Assembly (NCBI GenBank): GCA_963677925.2
Contig: CAXXYH010000004.1
Span: forward strand, 224,001-288,000
Length of the DNA: 64,000 bases
Reading direction: 5' to 3'
DNA from: Spirochaetia bacterium
GTDB taxonomy: Bacteria > Spirochaetota > Spirochaetia > UBA9216
Numbering within the stretch: position 1 is the stretch's first letter; each line of letters starts with the position of its first letter. Under the pieces are notes generated by a model. It ran no database searches. It saw nothing but the letters and a program-made list of their open reading frames with translations, and was not told the DNA's origin. This document shows positions 57,252 to 64,000 of the stretch, one piece after another. The position numbers and the translations under genes were made by a program.

Positions 57252-58208
57252 ATGAAAAGACCAAAGGTCCTTGTTGGATTAAACGTTCCTGATTCTGTTA
57301 AACAGTACCTCGATACTTTCTGTGATTGTGAATACTTCACCCTGCGCGGTGTTCCGCGGCCTGAAATACTGTCCCGGATAAAAGACAAAGAGGGGCTTCT
57401 GATTGGCGGAACTAAAATTGACAAACAGCTTCTGGATGCGGCGCCGGAACTGAAGGCTGTATGCTGCGCATCTGTCGGATACAATAATGTTGATATCGAA
57501 GAAACACGCAGGCGCAGAATTATCGTAACAAACACTCCCGGTGTTCTCAATGAAACAGTAGCCGATCTTATTCTTGCCCTCATGCTCTCTGTCTCACGCA
57601 GGATAGTTGAGCTTGACGGATACCTTAGAGAGGGCTTATGGAAACCGTCCGACAATGAAAATCTATTCGGTCTGGATGTACATCATAAAACGCTTGGAAT
57701 AATCGGTATGGGACGGATCGGTGAAGCCGTCGCCGAACGGGCTGTAGGCGGTTTTTCGATGAAGGTTCTCTATAACAACAGAAACAGAAAACCCGAAACA
57801 GAGCAGAGGCTTGGTGTAACATACAGCGGGTTCGATCAGCTGCTTGAAGAATCCGATTTTGTGCTTGTTATGACTCCGCTCACTGAACAGACCAGCAGGA
57901 TGTTCGGCAGCAGGGAGTTTTCTCTGATGAAAAATACTGCCTATTTTATCAATGCATCACGGGGTCAGACAGTTGATGAAACAGCTCTGGTGAAGGCCCT
58001 GCAGAACGGCAGTATTGCAGGTGCAGGACTTGATGTTTTTGACCGGGAACCTGTAGCTCCGGACAATCCGCTTTTAGAATTAAAGAATACTGTTTTAGTT
58101 CCCCATATCGGCTCAGCCTCGTATCAGACCAGAGGCGACATGGCCATGCTGGCGGCAGAAAATCTGAATGCAATTTTTAAAACAGGAAAGGGAATAACCG
58201 CAGTTTAA
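57252..58208 (+). CDS. D-2-hydroxyacid dehydrogenase (glyoxylate/2-ketogluconate reductase, GhrB-like)
   Basis: SVGYNN, NTPGVL, GMGRIG, INASRG, LDVF..EP and PHIGSA motifs. Confidence 0.9.
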   Translation: MKRPKVLVGLNVPDSVKQYLDTFCDCEYFTLRGVPRPEILSRIKDKEGLLIGGTKIDKQLLDAAPELKAVCCASVGYNNVDIEETRRRRIIVTNTPGVLNETVADLILALMLSVSRRIVELDGYLREGLWKPSDNENLFGLDVHHKTLGIIGMGRIGEAVAERAVGGFSMKVLYNNRNRKPETEQRLGVTYSGFDQLLEESDFVLVMTPLTEQTSRMFGSREFSLMKNTAYFINASRGQTVDETALVKALQNGSIAGAGLDVFDREPVAPDNPLLELKNTVLVPHIGSASYQTRGDMAMLAAENLNAIFKTGKGITAV

Positions 58209-58251
58209 ATTAGATCTAAATATCTATTAATTGTTCCAGGACAGACTCAGA

Positions 58252-59373
58252 TTAGAGAGACTGCACAGGCTCAGGCTTTCCGGTAGCTGCACTTCGGTAA
58301 GCAGCATCCAGAATCAACTGTGCTTTAACACCCTCCTCCACACCCGGTTTGAAAGTTGAACATTCAGCAACTGATTTCAGAAATCGGTACTGATTTTCAC
58401 AGTGAAAGCGCTGCCATCCGATGACAGAACGGGGGGTCGGTATAACGGCACCCTGATAATGCTGGGCTGTTTCAAGCCGTTTCCATCCGTCTTCTTTCTG
58501 TGCCTCATCAAACCAGTAAAGATACCCCGGGTCCATAAGGTTGAACCTGAAAGATCCCCTGCTGCCGAAAACCGTGATATTCAGCTCATCAAGGGTCCCG
58601 GTAGCGAAACGTGAAACCTCAATCGTACCTGTACCGCCTGATACAAGTTCACAATGCATCCAGGCTGCATCATCAACAGTGACCGGCATTTTATTAGAAG
58701 CTCCTGCATATTCAGGCCTTTCATTTATATAAGTTTTAACATCAGCCCTGACAGTTTTAAAATCGCCAAGCAGATAACTCAGCAGATCAATCACATGTAC
58801 TCCAAGGTCCGCCATTGCACCTCCGCCTGAACGGCTGAAATCCATCCGCCATGACCAGGGCTTTTCGGCATTCTGATACCCGGTGTGGAAATATTCACCC
58901 CTGAAAGAGTAAACCTCACCCAGTCGTCCCTGCTCTATGAGCTCTCTGGCTTTAAGAATTGCAGGCACAAAACGGTAATTGAAGATCATTCCAAGTGTTT
59001 TATCGGAGCGCCGGGAGGCTTCAAGCACTTCGGAAGCCTCGGCGGCATTTAATGCCAGGGGCTTTTCACACAGAACATGCTTTCCGGCTTCCAGTGATTT
59101 GAGAATCTGCTCTTTATGCAGATAATTCGGAGAAACAATATCTACAACATCCACCTCCGGATCTGTAAGAACCTCATCGAGGCTGCCGTAACCTATCTCC
59201 ATACCGGCGGCCTCTGCAGTTACTGCAGCCCTCTGCGGAGTTGAAGCGAGCAGCCCCTTAATCCTCACCGGAGGAATACTCCCCGGATAATATTCCCTGA
59301 TATCACGGTATCCAAGAAGATGGATCCGCCCAATCGAACCAAAACCTAAAAAAGCAATATTGATTGTTTTCAT
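58252..59373 (-). CDS. Gfo/Idh/MocA oxidoreductase
   Basis: GFGSIG, CEKP, FNYR and GGGAMADLGVH motifs. Start moved to ATG 59373, behind TTGAGA-N17-TACGAT. Confidence 0.88.
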   Translation of the reverse strand: MKTINIAFLGFGSIGRIHLLGYRDIREYYPGSIPPVRIKGLLASTPQRAAVTAEAAGMEIGYGSLDEVLTDPEVDVVDIVSPNYLHKEQILKSLEAGKHVLCEKPLALNAAEASEVLEASRRSDKTLGMIFNYRFVPAILKARELIEQGRLGEVYSFRGEYFHTGYQNAEKPWSWRMDFSRSGGGAMADLGVHVIDLLSYLLGDFKTVRADVKTYINERPEYAGASNKMPVTVDDAAWMHCELVSGGTGTIEVSRFATGTLDELNITVFGSRGSFRFNLMDPGYLYWFDEAQKEDGWKRLETAQHYQGAVIPTPRSVIGWQRFHCENQYRFLKSVAECSTFKPGVEEGVKAQLILDAAYRSAATGKPEPVQSL

Positions 59374-59489
59374 CCCATTTATCGTAACCATATAAGCCCG
59401 TTTTCTCAAGATTTAAATGAGGATATTTCAAAGATCCGTTTTAATTACCTATCCTTGACTTTCCGCCAGATTATGCCACAATTAAGTTC

Positions 59490-60311
59490 ATGTATGATCT
59501 AAGTGGAAAAACAGCTGTTGTAACCGGAGGGGCCGGGGGTATAGGCTTTGACACAGTAGTCCGGCTTCTAAAAGAAGAATGCCGGGTTGCAGTCTGGGAC
59601 GCGTCAGAAGCAGGAATGAAGGAGGCATCAGTTAAACTGATCGACTATTCAGACAAGCTGCAGTGGAGAAAGGTCGATATTGCCGATCCGGAAGAGACCA
59701 ATGAAGCCGCGGAAGAACTGAAAGCCTCATGGGGCTCACCGGATATCCTGATAAACAACGCAGGAGTAATGCGCAGGGGAACATTTCTGGAAGGAAAAGA
59801 TGCAGACTGGCCTCTGACTATTGATGTAAACCTTAACGGCGTCATGAATACAATAAAGGAATTTCTGCCTGATATGTATCAAAAAAATTCCGGACACATT
59901 GTAAACATTTCCTCCGCTGCTGGAATGCTCGGAGTGTCCGGTCTGGCAGTATATTCAGCCAGCAAATGGGCCGTACACGGACTCACCGACTCGCTGCGTG
60001 AAGAAGCCTACACAGCCGGTAAGAACGTCAGATTCAGTTCAGTACATCCGTTCTACATTGCCACCGGCCTGTTCGAAGGAGCGCAGATTAAGGGCCTGGG
60101 GAACATTCTTGTCCCCAGAGTTAAAAACCATGATGTAATTGCAAAGGCTATAGTTGATGATGCGCTTCGGCGAGGAAGAATGAAAATTTACAGACCGCGA
60201 TCACTTTTTCTGATAGACCTGCTTAAAGGAATTCTGCCCTATCCAGCCTTCGCACAATTCATACGCCTTTTAAAGGTCCAGGACAGCATGATTTATCATA
60301 AGGGGAAATAA
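59490..60311 (+). CDS. Short-chain dehydrogenase/reductase
   Basis: TGGAGGIG, NNAG and YSASK motifs. Confidence 0.9.
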   Translation: MYDLSGKTAVVTGGAGGIGFDTVVRLLKEECRVAVWDASEAGMKEASVKLIDYSDKLQWRKVDIADPEETNEAAEELKASWGSPDILINNAGVMRRGTFLEGKDADWPLTIDVNLNGVMNTIKEFLPDMYQKNSGHIVNISSAAGMLGVSGLAVYSASKWAVHGLTDSLREEAYTAGKNVRFSSVHPFYIATGLFEGAQIKGLGNILVPRVKNHDVIAKAIVDDALRRGRMKIYRPRSLFLIDLLKGILPYPAFAQFIRLLKVQDSMIYHKGK

Positions 60312-60315
60312 TTTT

Positions 60316-60342
60316 TCAACCTTTTCAAACTTCAAACGTATA
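60316..60342 (+). promoter_or_regulatory. ECF-type promoter AAC-N16-CGTA upstream of the sigma gene
   Basis: AAC at 60318-60320 and CGTA at 60337-60340, 9 nt before the ATG. Confidence 0.6.
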
Positions 60343-60349
60343 TAAAAGT

Positions 60350-60919
60350 ATGAATGGTTTAAAAGAGCAGCTGAAAATATTCAGCTGTTCATTCAGCGAA
60401 AGAAAACTCAGAGAAATATTCGAGAAAATATGGTTCGAATACTACCCTAAGCTCACTGTATACATTCAGATCACCTTCAATATCAGCGACTATGAAGACC
60501 TTGTTCAGGAAATAATGCTGAAAGTCTTTAAAAACCTTTCGGGTTATAATCCGGTTTTTTCATTCAACACCTGGATTTTTTCCATTGCGCGGAATCATGT
60601 TATTGACAATTTAAAAAAAGCAGCAACTGCAGAAAAAACAGTCAGCAGGCTCAAATCAGACTACAACAGTATAGAGTTCACCAAATACGGTTCGCCTGAA
60701 AGCCTGCAGCTTCGGGAAGTTTTAAAAAAAGATATACAGCTTTTTATAGAAAGACTGCCTGCTCCGGAAAGGCAGATTTCATATCTTAGATTTTACGAGG
60801 AACTTAAGTACTCAGAAATTTCAAAAATAACAGAAATACCTGAAGGCTCGGTTAAAAGCCATGTGCACAATATCAGGAAGAAACTCAAACAATACTACGG
60901 GGATGAATATGAAGACTGA
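60350..60919 (+). CDS. ECF sigma-70 factor
   Basis: Region 2 (EDLVQE, FNTWIFSIARN) and region 4 (YSEIS..IPEGSVKS). Confidence 0.92.
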   Translation: MNGLKEQLKIFSCSFSERKLREIFEKIWFEYYPKLTVYIQITFNISDYEDLVQEIMLKVFKNLSGYNPVFSFNTWIFSIARNHVIDNLKKAATAEKTVSRLKSDYNSIEFTKYGSPESLQLREVLKKDIQLFIERLPAPERQISYLRFYEELKYSEISKITEIPEGSVKSHVHNIRKKLKQYYGDEYED

Positions 60920-61220
60920 AAAGTTAATACATGATGAATTCAGACGGATGATCGAGGAAGTACACGTCCCTGATTTACCGAAAGAAATTGAGGGAAGACT
61001 CTCGGGGAGAAAAAATCGAAGTCTTCCGTCACTGCTTGCAGCAGCCCTTATTGCCTTAAGTTTCATACCCTTCATAAGCAGTGCGGACAGGCCTTCCGCT
61101 CTCGCCATAAAAACAGCCGGCTTCAGCCGGAACACTGAATTTGGAAAAACACTTACCAGACAGCTTATCAGTCTGCAGAACATTGCAGAAAACTCATTTA
61201 ACACAGGAGAAAAAAAATGA
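60903..61220 (+). CDS. Small single-TM protein, putative anti-sigma factor
   Basis: Overlaps the sigma stop codon and has one TM helix. Start ATG 60903 or 60909. Confidence 0.6.
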   Translation: MNMKTEKLIHDEFRRMIEEVHVPDLPKEIEGRLSGRKNRSLPSLLAAALIALSFIPFISSADRPSALAIKTAGFSRNTEFGKTLTRQLISLQNIAENSFNTGEKK

Positions 61221-61663
61221 GGAAAACATATTTTATAAGTTTAATTCTTTATACAGCCATTCTCATTCTTGCTATGTTTATAGTCGGATGTATAGCCTGC
61301 TTCTTTGACATTCCAAGCCTTTTAATGGTTCTGCTGCCTACACTGTTGATGCTTTTAACCTGTTACAGGCTTTCAGAGATGGGACAGTATTTTTCTATCG
61401 CATTTTCTGATAAGAAAGCAGACCCTGTAGAACTTGAAAAAGGCATAGGTTTCTTTAAGGCAATGCAGAAATATCTTTTCATCGCCAGCGGTGTTGGGGT
61501 AATGATGGGACTAATCGCTATGCTTGCAACGCTTGATGATCCGGAGTATATAGGCAAAGGCCTTGCGCTTGCCTTACTAACAATGCTTTACAGCCTGTAT
61601 TTCACAATAATAATTGCAGTCCCACTCCGAAGCGCCCTCGAGAAAAAACGGACAGACAATTAG
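61217..61663 (+). CDS. Short MotA/ExbB-like membrane protein
   Basis: FFDIPSLLMV, G..MGLIAML..LDDP..IG.GLALALLT.LY pattern. ATGA overlap with the upstream gene. Confidence 0.7.
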   Translation: MRKTYFISLILYTAILILAMFIVGCIACFFDIPSLLMVLLPTLLMLLTCYRLSEMGQYFSIAFSDKKADPVELEKGIGFFKAMQKYLFIASGVGVMMGLIAMLATLDDPEYIGKGLALALLTMLYSLYFTIIIAVPLRSALEKKRTDN

Positions 61664-61738
61664 CAGGATTAATTATAAATCCTGTTATTTTTCACTTTTG
61701 TTTATATCCGTCTGCAGTTTCACAGCAGGCGGATATAA
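61663..61738. terminator. Two tandem hairpins ending the ECF operon and convergent lspA
   Basis: GCAGGATT/AATCCTGT plus a T-run, then a 14-bp stem TTATATCCGTCTGC/GCAGGCGGATATAA. Confidence 0.6.
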
Positions 61739-61892
61739 TAATTTAAATAATTTTTTTGATATCTTTCCCGGCTGGTCCATAAAAACTGATATTCAGTGAA
61801 AGCATGTGAACAGAAAGTTTTATTATCTGCGGAACACTCGAAAGCAGCCGGTTCAATAGGTCTTTATGCTGTTAAGCGTTGTCTGAATAGTA

Positions 61893-62411
61893 CTAGGACT
61901 GCTCTGAAGCATCCTGAACCTCTTCAACCTTTTTCGGCTGCAGCAGGATAAAGGCTACCGCCCCGAATGTAATTGAAAGATCCGCTACATTAAGAATCCC
62001 GGTACGCAGATTACCAATACCGAAGTTCATAAAATCAACAACAATACCGTTATTGAATATCCTGTCCCAGAGGTTTCCGACTCCTCCGCCTATTATGCAT
62101 GCAAGACTTATCACCTGTCCAGCTGTAAGATTTTTACTTACCACAACATAGACCAGGGCGGCACCAGTCAGCAGTACCGGAAACAGAACAAGAAGCAGAG
62201 TTTTAAAAGGCTCAGGCAGGTCACCGCCCATCCCTAGAAAGGCCCCGTCATTTTCAGCATAGTGCAGAATAAAAACCTCTCCGACAACCTTTACAGTCCC
62301 ATGTCCTCTCAGATCATTTTCAGCAGCGATTTTAGTAACCCGGTCAACAGTAAAATTAGCGGCTGCAATTATAAGTATAAGCACCGCAAACAGATATTTC
62401 TTATTCTTCAT
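61893..62411 (-). CDS. lspA: Signal peptidase II
   Basis: DRVTK, NDGAF, GNLWDR, VVDF and NVAD motifs. Confidence 0.95.
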   Translation of the reverse strand: MKNKKYLFAVLILIIAAANFTVDRVTKIAAENDLRGHGTVKVVGEVFILHYAENDGAFLGMGGDLPEPFKTLLLVLFPVLLTGAALVYVVVSKNLTAGQVISLACIIGGGVGNLWDRIFNNGIVVDFMNFGIGNLRTGILNVADLSITFGAVAFILLQPKKVEEVQDASEQS

Positions 62412-62482
62412 GACTGAACAATAACATCATTCTGTAAAATAAAAAATACCCGGGCATTAAAACCCTGTATTATAATAGGTCT

Positions 62483-63622
62483 ATGAAATACAGAAAATTC
62501 GGAAAAACAAATCTTGAGGTATCTGTTTTAGGCTTCGGCTGTATGCGGCTGCCGCTAGCGCAGGGCTCTGAAACTGAGGTTGACAGAAAGGAAAGTATCA
62601 GACTGATACGCGAAGGAATAGACCGGGGTATAAACTATATTGATACAGCCTATCCCTACCACAACGGTGAAAGTGAAATCATAACCGGGGAAGCCCTGAA
62701 AGACGGCTACAGGGATCGGGCATACCTTGCAACAAAACTTCCGTCCTGGCTTGTAAAAACCAGAGCAGATATGGACAACCTGCTTGATGAGCAGCTTAAA
62801 AAGCTTGGTACGGACCACATCGATATGTACCTGCTTCATGCCCTGAATACTGATCTCTGGGAAAACCTTCAGAAACATGAAGTCTTTGATTTTATAGAAA
62901 AAGCAAAAGCTTCAGGCAGGATAAAGCATATCGGCTTTTCATTTCATGATGAGCTGCCTCTTTTTAAAACAATTGTTGACGCCTATGACTGGGAGTTCTG
63001 CCAGATTCAATACAACCTGATGGATGTTGATTATCAGGCAGGCCGCAGCGGCCTTGAATACGCTGCAAAAAAAGATCTTGGTATAGTAATTATGGAACCG
63101 CTTCGGGGAGGCAGCCTGGTAAGAAATATTCCTGATGATATAAACAGCCTTTGGAAAAGCAGCGCTACGCTGAAATCGCCGGTCGAAGCGGCTTTCCGTT
63201 TTGCCTGGAATCATCCCGGTGTCGGAACCGTTCTAAGCGGGATGAACTCACAGCAGCAGCTTGATGAAAACCTTGAAGCCGCAGATAATTCGATGCCGGA
63301 ATCGCTGACAGAGGAGGAATCCGCACTGCTCAAGACTATCCGTAAAGAATACCGGGATAGAATAGCCGCAGACTGCACAAACTGTAAATACTGTATGCCC
63401 TGCCCGTCCGGAGTGGATATTCCCGCAAACCTCGGGTTCCTGAATAATGTTTCAATGTACGGAAACCTTGAGCCCTTTAAAACCGGGTATACAAGATTTT
63501 TTGCAGAGGAAAAAAAGGCCCACAACTGCACCGAGTGCGGAAGCTGTGAACCTTCCTGTCCTCAGAAGATCGAAATAATCAGGCACCTTAAAGAGCTTGA
63601 TAAAATAATGAATCCTGCTTAA
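62483..63622 (+). CDS. Aldo/keto reductase with C-terminal Fe-S domain
   Basis: GFGCMRLP, DTAYPYH, ATKLP, MEPLRGG, CTNCKYCMPCP and CTECGSCEPSCP motifs. Confidence 0.92.
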   Translation: MKYRKFGKTNLEVSVLGFGCMRLPLAQGSETEVDRKESIRLIREGIDRGINYIDTAYPYHNGESEIITGEALKDGYRDRAYLATKLPSWLVKTRADMDNLLDEQLKKLGTDHIDMYLLHALNTDLWENLQKHEVFDFIEKAKASGRIKHIGFSFHDELPLFKTIVDAYDWEFCQIQYNLMDVDYQAGRSGLEYAAKKDLGIVIMEPLRGGSLVRNIPDDINSLWKSSATLKSPVEAAFRFAWNHPGVGTVLSGMNSQQQLDENLEAADNSMPESLTEEESALLKTIRKEYRDRIAADCTNCKYCMPCPSGVDIPANLGFLNNVSMYGNLEPFKTGYTRFFAEEKKAHNCTECGSCEPSCPQKIEIIRHLKELDKIMNPA

Positions 63623-64000
63623 TGCACAGTCATCATTGCCCTCCACTTATCGTAGGGGGTATCAAGCTGCATTTTCAGCTTCCCGCGATAGGAATCCAGC
63701 CGGCCGTCGTGCCAGCTCACGAAGGGATTCACTTTTTTCTCCAGACCGATAGTTGAAAAAAGCTGCTTCCTGTTTCTTATTCGAAGGTAGGCTTCAAAAT
63801 CAGTGTTGTCCGGATCAATTTCACGGATGACACCGGTTGCATATTCAAAGATATCATGCCCGCAGTAGATTTCAGTTTCATCCGGATAAGCCATTACCGC
63901 TGAAAGCGACTTAAAATACAGAGGATAATCCTTCGTGTAGCAGTTGCCCACTGTTCCGGTGAACAGTGTATCTCCTGTAATCAGCTTTCCATCGGTATAA
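63619..64000 (-). CDS. Hydroxyacylglutathione hydrolase-like metallo-beta-lactamase (5' end outside window)
   Basis: The frame is open to the window edge: ITGDTLFTGTVG, YCGHD, STIGLEKKVNPF. Confidence 0.8.
   Translation of the reverse strand, partial: YTDGKLITGDTLFTGTVGNCYTKDYPLYFKSLSAVMAYPDETEIYCGHDIFEYATGVIREIDPDNTDFEAYLRIRNRKQLFSTIGLEKKVNPFVSWHDGRLDSYRGKLKMQLDTPYDKWRAMMTVH

Noticed and set aside
779-63646. Numerous short ORF-track entries antisense to or nested in long genes
   Set aside because: Shadow ORFs of well-supported genes, with no motifs or translation signals.
1-64000. CRISPR arrays, tRNA/rRNA, transposases, integrases, prophage
   Set aside because: No regularly spaced repeats, cloverleaf signatures or mobile-element proteins were seen by eye. 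A short RNA could have been missed.

Overview
A gene-dense chromosomal window, probably from a free-living anaerobic spirochaete (inferred from gene content, not verified). No rRNA, tRNA, CRISPR array, prophage or IS element was recognised. Most of it is housekeeping or accessory metabolism: pfkA-ppk1, ptsP, a CoA-disulfide reductase/rhodanese/TusA/DsrE fusion, a DmsA-like molybdoenzyme, a TonB-ExbBD-receptor operon, tkt, a HydC/HydB/GltD-type bifurcating complex with no hydrogenase, a sugar-acid catabolic cluster, an ECF sigma module and lspA. The standout is a five-gene + strand operon at about 46.8-50.8 kb. It encodes a Cys-bearing MarR regulator, an ArsM-like arsenite methyltransferase, a 31-aa Cys-containing peptide missing from the ORF track (47955-48050, MKSLIKKKPEGKKEVAQCCAKLSKVVAGCHD) followed by a perfect 12-bp hairpin, a radical SAM/SPASM enzyme, and a thioredoxin/thioredoxin-reductase fusion with an HQF motif in place of HRR. 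This looks like a RiPP-type peptide-modification system tied to arsenic or metalloid methylation and thiol redox. That function is inference. Other unannotated signals: a candidate ~120-nt structured RNA before ptsP, a decayed DapA-family fragment before garR, paired TetR operators, and about ten genes that appear leaderless.
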